Part shown: in pieces, positions 1-14,000 of the stretch
Layout: the number at the start of each line of letters is the position of its first letter
How positions within the stretch are numbered: position 1 is the stretch's first letter
Assembly: GCA_013265495.1 (NCBI GenBank)
Contig: MU058337.1
Location: 4,334,880-4,378,850 of the forward strand
Origin: Vicugna vicugna
Lineage: Eukaryota
DNA: 43,971 bases
Direction of reading: 5' to 3'
The notes under the pieces: generated by a model
Databases searched by the model: none
Seen by the model: the letters and a program-made list of their open reading frames with translations, nothing else
What the model was told of the DNA's origin: nothing
Position numbers and translations under genes: made by a program

Positions 1-56
1 CATCCAGGTGCTGGCCTCTGGAGGCCCCGATTAATGGCTCAACCATTCACTTAGAC

Positions 57-230
57 CAGTGGCTCTCAGTAGGGGTGATTTTGACTTCCAGGGGATATTT
101 GGCAACATCTGGAAACTTTTGGCTTGGGGTGGGGGTGCTACTGGCGTCTCGGAGGTGGGAGAGAGGGGCTGCTACCATCCTGCTATGGTCTGGTCTACAA
201 TGTCAGTAGTGCTCAGGTGGAGAAACCTTG
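57..230 (+). mobile_element. MER20-like hAT-Charlie DNA transposon
   Basis: cagtggctctcag...ggggtgattttgac...caggggatatttggcaacatctgga...gctactggc...aatgtcagtagtgctcaggtggagaaaccttg matches the recalled MER20 consensus, including both ends. Confidence 0.85.
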
Positions 231-849
231 TCCTGGACAAACCAGCTCTGGGATTATCTTTAAATCCTTTCTCCTCCAGCATTAGCTTTTCTGTACCCCT
301 TCTGAATCCATTTGCTTTCTTTTGCCAGATCCTGGGTTCTCGGTCTCAAAAGTACTACTGATTGTGCCCCTTTTTGTTCACATGACCACCACTCTAAGCC
401 AGACTGTCGTCAGTGCTTATCTGTATGGCTGCAGTAGCCTAATTCATTTTACTATTTCATTGTCTCCTTGCTCAATACATTGACACAAAACTATCGGTGG
501 GTCTCCAAAGGCGACTCTTAAGGCTAAAGACTTCAGTTCAAGGCTCTCCATATTAGGCTGTATCAACATTTACCATTTCCCCCATGTTCAGCCTCTTCAC
601 AGTACTCTAGCTAACCTGGACTACACAAAGTTCTCTTCCTGAATTTTTTTTTTTATTAGTTTTTGTCTGCTACCAAGTATTACTCATCCTTTAAGGTCCT
701 CAAATTCTCTTTCCCACTTCACAGCTTTTCTTGGATTACCCCAGCCACGTGTCTCTCCTTCAAAGCCACATAACACCTTCCTTCTACCTTTGTTGCTAAC
801 ACACTGCCTTCTCTGTAGATTGACATATTTGCTTCGTACCACTTCTATT

Positions 850-960
850 ACATGCTCCTTCAAGTCAGGGAATGGTTTTTTATTCATCTTTGTATCCATA
901 AAATGCTTGTGTTACTTGCTTAGCATCTTACGTGTTCATTATTCAATAAACACTTGAATT
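850..960 (+). mobile_element. L2 LINE 3' end fragment
   Basis: gctccttcaagtcagggaat...ttattcatctttgtatcc...ttcaataaacacttgaat is typical of an L2 3' terminus. Confidence 0.55.
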
Positions 961-2424
961 AAGATACTTACAGAAGGAGAATTTCTAACCATTACCAGCA
1001 ACCCCTGGCTTTATATTGCTATTTTATACACCTATTATTGGGACTTTCTCCTTAGACATAAAGCACAAAAACCTAGTTCCCAATGTCCAAATAGTTCAAA
1101 GAATGTGACATTGGTAGATATGACAGAATTTTTTAAAACTTTAATAGAATTTTTTCTAAGTGTTTTCTTTTAATGTCTATATTACACTAAATATGTTAGT
1201 AGTGGGATTTCTCTGCTGCTCACTTTTTATTGTCTTTTTGACTTAAAAATAAATCTAGCATTTACTTTTTATGCTGCTCACTTGAGATTGATACAAGAAG
1301 AGATTTCTAGGGCAAGGGACAGAAGTGCCTATGCTGAAAAATAGGTAATTGTACTTTTATTACTAGGCAAGTACTTAAGCAGCAAACATGACAAAGCCCT
1401 GGAGGCGGGTACTCTATCTCTGTGCAAACTTAAGCATCAGCAGTAGTCACAGAAGGTACTTTTCAGTTCTTATAAGAGCCATTCATAGTCTATGAATTAG
1501 GGATTCAGAGAGTTCCTTAGTTAACGTTAAAACACTGAATCCTCTTTAAGGTAGTTAATATTAAATGAATTAGAGAATGTCTGCCATCAGGCAAGGGAAA
1601 TTGAGTATTCTGCCAGCTGCATTAAATATTATAGAAAAACCCAGCAGAATAAAATCACCCTGATTTTGTATGTGGATGTGGAGTCAGAGAGGAGGGTGTA
1701 CTTTTCCCTAGAAAAATCCAGAGGAATTGCTGAAGTTACTCCTAGAACTAAAAGGAATGCCTACCATGCATTCTGGAGAGGTACACTTTGCAAAGACAAA
1801 CACTATGATCATAGTTAAACTTCAGTTAAGATCACAAATACCTGTAGGCTATGGTCTAGTAGACTGGAAGACTATAAACTCTTAGGATGTGTCATTGATC
1901 TCATTATCTCCAATACTGGAGATAGTACAAGCTCAATAAATCTTTCTTGCACCCAGTTACACTTATGTGACAGAAGAGCCAGAACAGTGTACTCTGGTGT
2001 GAAGAATTATACTTCTTTCCTCAACCCACCTTGAATACGTGAAAACAAAGGAAACATTAATTACGTCTTCAAAGGAAATCCATGGTAGTGTTAATATTGT
2101 CATTAATAGTCCAGGTATTTTTGTATACTTGTGACTAAACTACTGCCTAGACTTTGAGGGGAAGTGAGCAGTACTCAGATCTGGCTCAGCCCCTCCCTAA
2201 GTCTGACATCAAGTGTCGCAAATAACTGCTCCTTGGAATCACCAGAAACAGGGTGAAGAGGAAATTCATCAAGAGACCACTCCAAAATCTAACTTTGTTT
2301 TTCAGCATAACAGTAGATTGTTGAAGAGGAATATTGCTGACAGATCCCTCTAACGAAAAGAAATATAAAACGAGGTGTTCTATTTTAAGAAAAAAATGAG
2401 GCAGGCCCACAAAAACAAGCTGTC

Positions 2425-2548
2425 ATGTCCTGCAAAGTCACAATGAGACACAGTAAAAACTTATTTGGTACTTACCTGAAATTCAAATTAAACTAGGGCA
2501 TCTAGTTTTTGTGATCCCCACCCCCCCGCCCTATATCTGGCAATCCTG
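2425..2548. mobile_element. MER53-like palindromic DNA transposon, one arm
   Basis: acttacctgaaattcaaattaaactagggcatct...tatctggcaatcctg resembles the MER53 arm ending TATCTGGCAACCCTA. Confidence 0.65.
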
Positions 2549-2886
2549 CATTTATCTCTTTCTGATCACAAAGAAGCATAAAATACACTGTTTCTGGTGG
2601 TAATAGAAAATGGTTATGTCCAGTTCAAAATTGTTCCACATTTTTTGAATGACAGGATAGTGATAATTGAACTGTGCTAAGGGATTGTTTATAGAATCGT
2701 GTTTCTGTGTGAAATTAATAGAGGAGTATTTTTAAAAATCAAAAAAAAATACTGATAGCATCATACATGCCTCACCAATGAACTTTCATTATTACTAAAG
2801 TAGGTTGATATGAGCTCAGTTAATACCCACTATGACACGTACCTCACTTTACTTAGGCCCAGAGCAATCACTGATGTACTTGGTAA

Positions 2887-3312
<426 letters not shown>

Positions 3313-3379
3313 TAATAAAATTGTGAAACTTTGATACTTGTATTATTCCTCTAACATTTTATTGTCTCCTTTGAAATAG

Positions 3380-3413
3380 AAAGAAGACAGCTGCCTGAAA
3401 AGCATGAAACCTG
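3380..3413 (+). CDS. CCDC168: CCDC168 coding exon 2 (34 nt, KEDSCLKSMKP plus 1 nt)
   Basis: Acceptor ttgtctcctttgaaatag| at 3379/3380. Donor CTG|gtaaat at 3413/3414. Open in phase 0 in, phase 1 out. Confidence 0.82.
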
Positions 3414-3511
3414 GTAAATATCCTACAATTTCATATGTTAACATAAAACTTGTTCAGCCTGAGCTTCTCCCATTGGTGCTCTGACATTTTTTTATTCCCA
3501 TTTATCTCTAG

Positions 3512-3545
3512 ATAATTGGTCGATGCATTCATCTTCAGAAGAAAA
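3512..3545 (+). CDS. CCDC168: CCDC168 coding exon 3 (34 nt, (D)NWSMHSSSEE plus 2 nt)
   Basis: Strong polypyrimidine acceptor ttttttattcccatttatctctag| with an upstream ctgac branch-like motif at 3481. Donor AA|gtaagt at 3545/3546. Phase 1 in, phase 2 out. Confidence 0.85.
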
Positions 3546-3739
3546 GTAAGTGATATATTTTGAACTTAGATGAAACAGGTTGGTTTTTTCTATTCAAAAT
3601 TACATTTACATCTGAAGTACAGAAAAGGGCTTTTCCATCTGTATAGAGGACTATAGCGTTCAACATCATAATTCAATCTAACTTTGATTTTAAGTGGTTG
3701 CTCGTTCCAAAATGTGTTACTGTTTGTTAATATATTATT

Positions 3740-3820
3740 GAAATTATCCTTCCAGGTAGGTAGTATCATTGCTGTTTTCATAAATGAGGAAAATAAAGCT
3801 AAGAGAGGTTAGGTGGCTTT
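3740..3820 (-). mobile_element. MIR SINE core fragment
   Basis: gtaggtagtatcattgctgttttcataaatgaggaaaataaagctaagagaggttaggtggct is the MIR core in reverse orientation. Confidence 0.6.
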
Positions 3821-4077
3821 CTTCCCTAGTCCAGTCCTCTCTCTCCAATACATACAAAGAATAATCACCAGTTCTGATAATTCAGTGAAAACATATTCAT
3901 TTAGCACCTGCTGTGAACCAAGCAAACCCTGAGCTAGGTGCTTGTGCTGCACGAGTGATGTGAAAGGAGTTTATGCAGTCAGAATTCATCAACATCCTAA
4001 GGACATGTGAATGCTTCAGATTAAATACTGACCTCCCTACTCTTGTTGCTATCAGTATTTTAATTATTTTCATCAAA

Positions 4078-4510
4078 ATCCATTCAGCAATCATTAGATA
4101 TCATTATACAATGGACATTGTGTTAGATACTGGGATACGAATAATAAGACAGTTTCTGTTCTCAAGAAGCTTAAATTCTTGTGGAGGAGACACAGACATA
4201 AAGGATGATGGCTTGCAGTACGGTAACAGTGATAGAGATAAGATGAGAATTTAGGAGACACCGAAGCTAGTATGGGGGTGTTGGGGATGGCTTCATGAAG
4301 AAAGTTATACTGGAGCTGAATTTTGAAGGATAAGTGAAAATTAATCAGAAAAAGACAGTGAATTAGAAGGATGAGACAGGCATTACAGGACATGAGCAGA
4401 GGCACTGTGACTATTTCAGAGTTGCTGGAATGCTAAGGATGGGTCAGGGAGAAGTGGGAGATGAATGTGAAGGAACAGGCAGGAGTCAGATCATGGAGGA
4501 CTTTCTATAC
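4078..4510 (-). mobile_element. L2 LINE fragment
   Basis: atccattcagcaa...ttgtgttagatactgggatac...ctcaagaagctta...gagctgaattttgaagga...gcaggagtcagatcatggagg are reverse-strand L2 3' motifs. Confidence 0.65.
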
Positions 4511-5387
4511 CCTGTTATAATTTTGATATAAAAGGGCTTGAATATTAGTAGAAGCTCAAGCATAAAAATGGTTAAGGTTGCATTGCATCAGAGACTGAGT
4601 GGGTTATGTCTTGCTAATGAGATAGGAGAGAAGAGAAATGTGGAGGGGTGGGCAGAGAGAAGGGGGAAGGAGGCAAAATGGTGTGAGGCTCAGGACTGAA
4701 TGTCATAAAGGACGTCAAAGGATGAGACCACCACTCAGCATCTGCAGTCAGGGAGAACCACGCTGGCCAGGCATAGTCTCAGTGAGCAAAGCAAGGTGCT
4801 GATCTTACATCCATTGACTTCAGCCTTAGAAATGTGTTCCTGGGAAAGTCTGTCGTCTATTACCTGATTTTCAAAGATTAAGGCTGTCACTGACTGGTTG
4901 GTTTCAGAACCCTATTTCATGAAGCAGGTTATCATTGATAGATAAAATTGTTTAAAAGGAAAAGGAGGTTTGGTGTTTATCTGTTACTGTGACTATAGGA
5001 TTATACTATGACTATATGCCATTGATTGATTTAATTGATTTACAACAACTTCTGGTACTTACTTGTTGCCATGGGTATAGGATTGTCAGTCTTTCCCAAG
5101 GAGTGTGGGGAGTTCTTTTTACATTTTCAAAGGCCATTTGAGATCGTCTGATGGGGAAGAGACCAAAGGACATTTTAAAAATGGAGAGACATGCCTAATA
5201 GTTAAGTGGGAGTTGTCTGTATTGCTATAATTAACTTCCTTCTACATCTGCCTCCAACGTTTCGTTGAAGTCAGCCACACTTACGAGTGGTTTGTATTTC
5301 CCCCCTCATTTAACTTGAAGAAAGAGTTGGGTCGTACGAATGGGACAGCGTGTCAAGGGTTAGCAGGCAGACACTAGAGGTGAAGAT

Positions 5388-6075
5388 AGTCACTCGGCAG
5401 GTATTCCTGAGGGCCTACCACATGCCAGGCATTGCTGGAGGCTCTTGAGAGACACTGATGAACAAAATAGACAATACTTCCTTACATTTTAGTCAGAGGG
5501 GAATCTGATAAACAATGATATGATAAATAAATCATACGTCACAAGGTGGTAAGTTTTATGGTAAAACAAAAGATACACTAGGATAAGAGGAACCAGGATC
5601 CCAGAAGTAGATGAGGAGAGCTAGGTTGCAATATATATGGTGGGATTTAACCAAAGCCTTGAAGGGATGGGGGAGTTAACCAAACAGATAGGTGGAAGAG
5701 TATTCCAGACAGAGGAACAACTAGAGCAAAAGTCCTCCGGGAGAGTGTGCCTCATGTTTGAGGAACAGTGAGAAGGCCAGTGTGGTGATGCAGGGTACGC
5801 AAGGGGCTGACAAATAGGGATGAGGTTAGAGAACACGTGACCAGGTCCTGGTTGGGCCTTGCAGGTCATGTTAAGGACAGTGGCTTTTACTCTGAGTAAC
5901 AATAGGGGATCACTGTAGAGTTTTGCACAGGAGAATGATACATTTTGTCTTACGTTTCTAAAGGATTTTTCTGCCAGCTGTTTTGAGAGTAGACTTTATT
6001 GGATCAAGGGTCTAAGCCGGTGGCAGGCTATCGAGAGTGATCCAAGCAAGAGATAAAATTCACTTAAACCAGGGT
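5388..6075 (-). mobile_element. L2a-like LINE fragment, interrupted at its right end by the MLT2 LTR
   Basis: gcctaccacatgccaggcattg...gaagagtattccagacagaggaacaac...gtttgaggaacagtgagaaggccagtgtgg...ggccttgcaggtcatgttaagg...cttttactctgagt...ccaagcaagagat are canonical L2 motifs. Confidence 0.85.
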
Positions 6076-6114
6076 GGTATTAGTCAGGGTTCTCCAGAGA
6101 AACAGAACTAATGG

Positions 6115-6116
<2 letters not shown>

Positions 6117-6172
<56 letters not shown>
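6117..6172 (+). repeat. (GATA)14 microsatellite
   Basis: Perfect GATA array read directly from the sequence. Confidence 0.95.
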
Positions 6173-6174
<2 letters not shown>

Positions 6175-6178
6175 AAAA

Positions 6179-6224
<46 letters not shown>

Positions 6225-6449
6225 AAAGAAAGAAAAGGAAAGAAAGGAGGAAAGAAAGGAAGAAAGGAAAGAAAGAAAGGAAAGAAAGAAAGAAAGAAAG
6301 AAAAGAAAGAAAGAAAGGAAGGAAAGGAAAGAAAGAAAAGGAAAGAAAGAAAGGAAGAAAGAAAAGGAAAGAAAGAAAGGAAGAAAGAAAGGAAAGAAAG
6401 AAAAGGAAAGAAAGAAAGAAAGGAAAGAAAGAAAGGAAAGAAAAGGAAA
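6173..6449 (+). repeat. Compound (GAAA)n/(GGAAA)n pure-purine tract, about 277 nt
   Basis: No pyrimidine on the + strand from 6173 to 6449. Confidence 0.95.
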
Positions 6450-7324
6450 TGATAGGAATTGACTCGCCTGGTTATGGAGGCTAGGGTGTCCCATTATCTG
6501 TCCTCTGCAAGCTGGAGAACCAAGAAAGCAAGTGGTATAATTGAGTCCAAGGCAGAAGTCCTGGGTGAGGGTGGGGTTTCCAGTGCTGGTACCAGTGTCA
6601 GAGTCCAAAGGCATAAGAACCAGGAGTTCTGATGTCTGAGGGCACGAGAAGATGGACGTCCAGCTCAAGAAAAGAGGGAGAATTTGCTGTTTCTCTGCCT
6701 TTTTGTGCTGAATAGGCCCACAATGGATTGGATCATGCCCACTCACACTGGTGAGGGCAGATCTTCTTTACTCATTCTGCTGACTCAAATGCTAATCTCT
6801 TCTTGGATCATCCTCACAGGTACCTAGAAATAGTGTTTTACCAGTTATCTGGGCATTTCTCAGCCAGTCAAGTTGATGCATAAAATTAACCTGTCACATA
6901 GGTAATAAAGATGTGTATACAGCCTGTATATTAGATGTTAATAAATACACTAACAGTTGATGGAACTTGAAAGGCATTTAACATATTTTAAATATTCACA
7001 CTCAATAATTTTGTGTTATCCATGAAAAAAGGTAATCAACAGTTTAGTCTAAAATACTCTAAATTCTAATTAGCAGAATCCAAATTAATGAGATTTTGCT
7101 GTATAAGTGAACTTTTAGAAAAAATGATTATTGTGATGATTCTATAAGTTACTTCACGAATTTGTTTATGATAAAGCGTTATTTAAAAGTAGCGTCATTC
7201 TTCCAGTAAAGTACAAGATAATCTGTGTTCCCTGAACAAACAGCTACCAGAATTATCTGACCTAAATTACCAGAATTTATATGAGTTTCAGTTTATGGTT
7301 TTAGGCTGCCTTTCCACAAAACAA

Positions 7325-7480
7325 AGCTTACGTGCATCAGAATCACCTGGTGGGCTTGTTAAAACTCAGATTCCTGGGCCCCAGCCTCAGTGTGTCTGAT
7401 TCAGTAGGTCTAGGGCAGGGCCTGAGAGTCTGTACTTCTAATAATTCAAGTGGTGCTGAGGCTGTTGGTCTGAGCATTGT
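7325..7480. mobile_element. MER5A-like hAT-Charlie DNA transposon
   Basis: gcatcagaatcacctgg...cttgttaaaactcagattcctgggcccc...tctgattcagtaggtctagggcagggcctgaga matches MER5A. Confidence 0.85.
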
Positions 7481-8071
7481 TAGACTGAGCCTGATCGTTT
7501 GAGAGAGAAAGAATGTTGAAGAGTCCACTTCCATGATCATGACTTCAGCCCCAAATTATGCTGAGAAGCACTGCCCTAAAGTATAGGCTTTTCTCTTGAT
7601 CAAAAACAAACAGCTGTTAAAATAATCTGGACTTATTTATAGAAAGCTATCGTTAATGGTATGGGACATTCTTCTGTTGTGCCTCCTAAATTTCTGTAAG
7701 AATATTTTTATTCTTGTCAAAACTTTCGTGCAAAGAACAGAAACAAACTGCTATTCCTTGTGAAAGAATATAATCTTAACCTGCAACTTTGACTGTCAAA
7801 ATAGACTTTTGGACAGCTTTTTGAGGAAGAACTCCTCATTCTCCTAGATATAAAAATAATTTGCTTCACTTTGTCAGTGGATTGATTTATTAAATGAATG
7901 GAACTAGGTAATGAATTGTTTTGTAATATGTATAATGACTTTCCAGTTGCTGTCAGTGTTGAGCTGTGTTTTCATATACTATATTGGGTTTCCTTAAATC
8001 TGGACGAGAGTTCTTGTATGAAATATGTCCTAACTGACAACTCGTTTACACACTGTCTTCTTATATTTCAG

Positions 8072-11000
8072 AGCTGATGACTTTTCAGAAAGAACAATCA
8101 CTTCATCACTTGCATCTGAAGAGAATGAAGGTAACTTTGAAGGCAGTGTTTCACCAGCAGATGAAACAATACGAGCAAGTACCAGTGAAAGTAAATATCA
8201 AGTAAGTCACTTTAGTGAAAGTCACATGCCATCTTCAAGTGGGACTAGCTCGCTTCTGTCACTGTTCCATTCAGAAGAAAAGGAAGTTTTTCTAAGGCAC
8301 AGAGGGTGTCCTAAAAATGAACAGGAAACAATACAGCTTTCATCAAAGAAATTATTTTCCATAATGAAAAACAACAAAAATGAAAATGTACTGTTCTCTT
8401 CGGACTTCAATTTTTCAAGAACTTCTAGAATCGTCATAGAAAGTGAAGATCTAGACGTGGTTCCGTGTCCTTCTGCCCACTTACTTCTCTCTAGAGACCA
8501 AGTCAGACTTCTAGAAGAAAATGTGAGAAACCAAATTCCTTTAAAATCCAGAGCTACATTAGACAGTAAAGCTACCTGTGTGTACCCAAGATCTCAAGAG
8601 CCCTTGATTCAGAATCAGCAGTCTGTTAGAGTGGACATTTCTGCCCAAACACAAGATTCTTTTCCAGGACAAAAGGCTGTTCAGGATCGAGGTTTTTTTG
8701 AAGCCCAATTTACTAGTCAAGCCCGACAATTTGTTAACAACCAGGAATCTGTGAGCAGCCAGCCGGAGATCGAGGCCAAATACTTTGCTCTGCCTCAAGA
8801 TTTGATGAGGAAACCACCTTCCAGCAGCACACAAGACTCCTTCCAGGCCCAAGATACGGACAGGAGCCAACATTTGGTCAAAGTCCCGTATCCTGTTGAG
8901 ACTCAAGATTCAATCAAGGGCCTGGAGTCTGATAAAAAACCCTTAGATGAGGCCCAATATCCTATCTGGTTTGAAGATCCAAATAAGAATGAATATGCTA
9001 TTTTTAAGAATGCCAGATTTCTAGTTTTAACTCTAAGCCCAGATTCAGTTGCTAAAGGGTTAACACAACTAAAGAGGGCAAAGACGAAGGGCCAGAAACA
9101 AACTGCTTCCTCAAAAGTAAACCAGTGTCCTGCATACGGCTCAGTGCCTCCTTCACCTACCACGAACAGGCAGAAAAACAGAAGAAAAATATTACACAGT
9201 AAAAGTAAATTTAGTCTCAAAGTTCCACCTCAAAGGTCAAAGAAAACACCACGGTCACGGGTACTTCAAATCACAGTAGGTCACACTCCAGAACGTCGCA
9301 AGTTAAGACACAAGCATGACACTCAGAAGAAAGAATTTCATCACAGAAAAGGTAAAGCAGGTACAGCCTTGCATCTTATTTATGTTCTCAAGCTTGTTCT
9401 TCCTTATATTAGGAAGTATTCCAGGAAAAAACTAGTGAAGTTCATGCCAGGTTTAACAGGGTGTGGACATTTTCTGCTGAAGCAAAATAAGTCAGGATAT
9501 GCAGAGAAGGTCAACAACACAGGGTCTCTTGAGAAAAGAGAAACCTCAAGCAGCCCTAAAAATGGGCAGCAGCATGGCAGAAACAATACTGGACTAAAAA
9601 GCATTTCACCCAAAATTCCACCTCAGCTAGAACAGTCTTTCAGGGACGATACTTATCAACAAAAAGCATCATTAATAGAAACAAACTGGAGGAATAAAGG
9701 GTCTCTTAAAGACCCAATTATACAAGCAAAGGAAATGGATATTGCAGAGTTTTGTGTCCAAGGCAGTGAAAAAACATCTGACCCAAATATTGCAAAGCAT
9801 GAGACACCTTTAGAAGAAGCTATATCAGAACCTTTGCAGAAATTTGTTTTCGCTCCCAAAATGGAGTTGGACAGAAAAACAAAAACATGGGAGGACCTAA
9901 AAAGTGCAGAGAATGCACAATTTCCACTTTCAAGTGAAGAGAAGTTACCAGCTAGTACCTCAGAAATGCAAAGGAGCTCTCCAAAGGGAAATGCACAAAG
10001 ACAAAAAGATTTTCTTGAAATTGTTCTGGAGTCTTCAGATGTCAACTTGCTCATTTCACTAGGAACCAGAAAGCATAAAAGCAGTGAACAATTAGCAGGT
10101 GCAAAAATTCAAAAGAGTATTGAAGACGTAACTGAGAAGGAAAAGAAACCATTAATACTTAGAGTTACAGAAGATGGTGACCTGCGTGAAAGTGAGGACC
10201 TGGAATGCACCCCTGGAAGCAACACAAAAAATATGCAAGATCAAAGAATATCTGATGTGTTTCACAACGCTACTCACACCACCATCTCTGAACCACTGCC
10301 CATGGAAATGCAAAGCAGATTCAAAACCAAGACAGATACATCAAGAATGAGACTTAGTCCTTCAGTGGTAAAACAAGACAAATTACCAGATGACAAGAAA
10401 CTGTGGAATGCAAAATTCATTGTTGTGAGATGTGTGTTTAAAAAGCCACAAGACCATGATAGAGAGGAAGAGCAACAGGCTTTACAAGAAGCAGTTCCAC
10501 AGCTGCCAGAAGGTTTCAGGTTCAGCCTACAACTAGAGCGGAAGGCCAAGGATGTCAAATTTGAAGCAGGACAGAGCAGTTCAGAAAGCAGAACAACTCA
10601 AAATAAAGAGCGAGAGGCACAGTCACAAACTCTTTCCCCAGAAATGATTTTGGGGACTAGTCCATGCCCCACCATGGACCCACTTCAAGCTGAGAAGGTG
10701 AAGCAGAGCATAGACAGACCTCCCGGCAGGGAGACTGCTGATCCAGTATGTCCTCTTACTGCATCAGAGAGCTTACCAGCTGGCGAAGTTTTAACTGAAA
10801 CCACAGAATGTGGCGTCCCATTTGGTGGAAGCCCCAGAAAGACACCAGGTCATCAGATGGCAGAAGAAAAAGAAGACTTCAGAAGAGTTTTATCTGAAGT
10901 TGCCCTGGCATCTTATAATATGCATGTGCTGCCTTCATCATATTTTAAAAGGCAGAAAATCAGAAAAAAATTATCAGGGATGAAAGGTGCACTCAGTCCC

Positions 11001-14000
11001 AAACGTGTAATTATACAAGTAAAGAAGCCACCAATACGTCATCCAAGAAGACCGAGAGGTGATTTTAAAATCATAATTAAACAAATACTGCAAGATAAAA
11101 CTGTGGCAGATAAGCTTCTGAGTACCATTTACCTTCATGCATCTATTTTGCCTCATATGAGAACGTACAGCAGATTAAATGCAGAGAATCTCAGTCATAC
11201 CCAGCTAAAACAAGAGAAATCAGAAGTTGAAAGAGAAGAAACATGTTCAGATACCATTAATAAAGGAAAAGACTCTGGAAACACAAAGGAAGATGCTAAC
11301 TTGCAGGATGAAGTGAGAAGGGATAAAGAAGTGTCACCGGAAGCAGTCCTTCAGGATAGCTGGGGCCTCAGACTGGATGCCTATCCAGAGAAAGAGCTTA
11401 AAACAAAGAAGGAAATGCATCAACCAGTCACCTTTGCAGAAATCATGATGGAGCCTATTTATTCCACCATAACAGATCCATTTCATGCTGAGAATGTGGA
11501 GAAAAGCCTACCAACACAAACAGATTTAAGATACACTGCAGATTCTGAGACGCCTCCTCCAGCATCAGAAAACTCACCAACGGGAGACCCTTTAAACCAG
11601 ACAGGAGGAAGTGATGTCCCAGATGATGGCAATGATACAAGAGAAAGGGGTTACTTTTTTGCAGGAACAAGGTCAGCATTGCCCAAAGATTTACCAGCAG
11701 TTTCCCCAGAGACTTTTAATTGCCACATGCCTGCTTTGTCTCATTCTAAAGTGAAGAAAAATGGAGTAAGATTCTCACATATAGAATGTACAGTGAAGCC
11801 CAAGTCTGTACGTATGAAGGCACTGAAGCCCTCAATTTCAAAAATATGTAGTATCACAAGTCATAGAAGGAAGCTAGAATCTGACTTTAAGGCCAAGTTT
11901 GAAAAGATCAACCAAGCTAACGGACTGGTATATGAATTTCTAAATACCCTTTACTCTCCTGTGCGTAGCGGGTTACAAGGAGAAACAAACAGCTTCTGTC
12001 ATGCTCAGGTGAATTTCCAGGAACTGGCACATGAAGGGAGACCACAGTATGTTGATTTCTTTCTTAAGAGTCATACCTTCCATGACAGAGGAGAAAAAGT
12101 GGAAGATGGAGAGGAAGAAGAGCAAAAATGTTTGCTAATAACAGCTCCACAGCATACCCAGCACCTCTGGATCCACGCACATCAGGGGAAGAAGACCCAT
12201 CTTGCCGAACCAGACCCAGCACTGGACTGTTTAACCCAGAAGCTGCCCATTAATGAGCAAGATATGCAGCATCAAACATGCTTTACACGAACTGTTTTGC
12301 AGACTGACCTCCAGATGAGTTCTAGAGAAACCAAGGGACCCCAGAAGACCAACAAACCAGAAGATGACATAACATTCCCTACGGGTCCGGCGATTCTGCC
12401 TCCTGAGACAGGAAAGTCATCAGTTGACAAACCTTTGAACACTACAACAGAGTGTGACTTGCCATCTGGTGGAAACCCTAAAAGGGAACTAGATTCTTAT
12501 TTTGTGGAAAAAAATTCAGAGTTACCAGAAAATTTGCAAGTGACATTCCTGCAGTCTTCTGATTCTGTTGAATACTTTGTTTCTAAATCTAATAGAAAGA
12601 ACACATTAAAATTAGCAAGGAAGCCAAAAACAGTGAGTCGTAGATATAGAACTATGAGGGAAGAAAAGCCATCAATTTTGCATATGCTTAACAGCAGGCA
12701 GAACAAGGAACTGCAATACAGTCTTAAAACAAAGATGAAAAATCCACAGCAAAATAAAAATATAGCAGGTGCATTTTTGGATTTCATTCACTTCAAGGTG
12801 CCTATTTTGCCCAACACCAAAAAGAGTATCAGATTAAATATGGAGACAGATATGCAAAGGGTAACAAGACTTAGTCATATACAGCTAACACAAGAGAAAT
12901 CGCCAAATGGAAGAGAAGTATGTTGCCCAGATTCTGTCGATGTGAGTAGTTTATCTAATAGTGTGAAAGATGGGAAGGAGGAAGCAGGGGAACACAAAGA
13001 TTTCCCAGCCCCAGGGAATAGCCAAGGCTTCATATTCAATATATATCAGGAGAGGGACCGTGACCTTGTCAAGTCTGATGAGGAGCTGAAACAACCAGGA
13101 AGTGTAAGTGTTCAGGGACCACCACAAATGCACTTTGCACAGACTATTTTGAGTTCTACTTCAGGCCCTACGTTGGGTCAATTTCAATTTGGAAAGCTAG
13201 GGAGTTCTACCAGGGTTTCACCTCCCAAGTCAGGAGAAGCAAAGACTGATGAAAGAATGTTCTCTGCAAGGGAATGTGGTGTCCCATCTGATGCAAACCA
13301 TCAAAAGGAACAAGCAGGTGGAATTGAAAAGAAACAGACAGCAGCTTTAGATTTCTGGGTGGCTGCTATACCTGTATCCAAAAGCAAGAGAAACTTCAAA
13401 CAGTCTTCACGTGTGAAAACCCTAGTGAATCCCAAATGTGAAATTTTTAAAGCAAAGAAACCATCCATTTCATACATGTTCAATATCAAGGGTAGGGCGA
13501 GCCCAAACCATAGAAAAGCACTGGGACGTAACTTGACAACCAAAATGAAGGAGGTGGATCAAGGTAAAAAAACGGCAGGTGACATGTACTCCCTCATGAC
13601 CATTATACCTGACGTTAACAGGTATCGCAAGAGAGAAAGAGAAAAAGACATGTTAGGAGAGAAAAGACTCTGTTCCAAACAAGTAAAGCAAGAGACAGCA
13701 CCACAAGAAGGGACTCTGACTCTAGATGACACCGAAGAAACCAATTTTCACGATGAAGAGGAAGTAGAAAGTGAACAAGAGATGTTCCTAAAAGTACTTC
13801 CACAGCACAGCCAACATTTCGTATTCTGCTCAGGCCAGAGGAGGGAGCTTAACCTTCACAAACCAGAAAATAAGGGAAGTGGGAAAATTCTGTTTGTTAC
13901 AGAACAAGACCTCGCACCGCAAATGCCACCTACAGATCCGGCGCAGGTAGAGGAGCCAAAGAGAAGTCACCAGACGCAAAGTGGCGCCCTGAGTACAGTG

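Larger units (their letters stand above)
6076..6898 (-). mobile_element. MLT2-family (ERVL) solo LTR with an expanded internal microsatellite
   Basis: Starts gtattagtcagggttctccagagaaacagaac and ends cagtcaagttgatgcataaaattaacctgtcaca. Internal ctgcaagctggagaaccaagaaagc and ggattggatcatgcccactcacactggtgagggcagatct. Confidence 0.85.

Noticed and set aside
6108..6746. 212-aa minus-strand ORF rich in F/L/S
   Set aside because: It is the translation of the (TTTC)n/(TATC)n microsatellite and the MLT2 LTR; it is stop-free only because of low complexity.
8226..8228. ATG 8226 as the true start of a single-exon 7146-aa gene
   Set aside because: The frame is open upstream to a good acceptor at 8071/8072 that joins in phase to exons 1-3.
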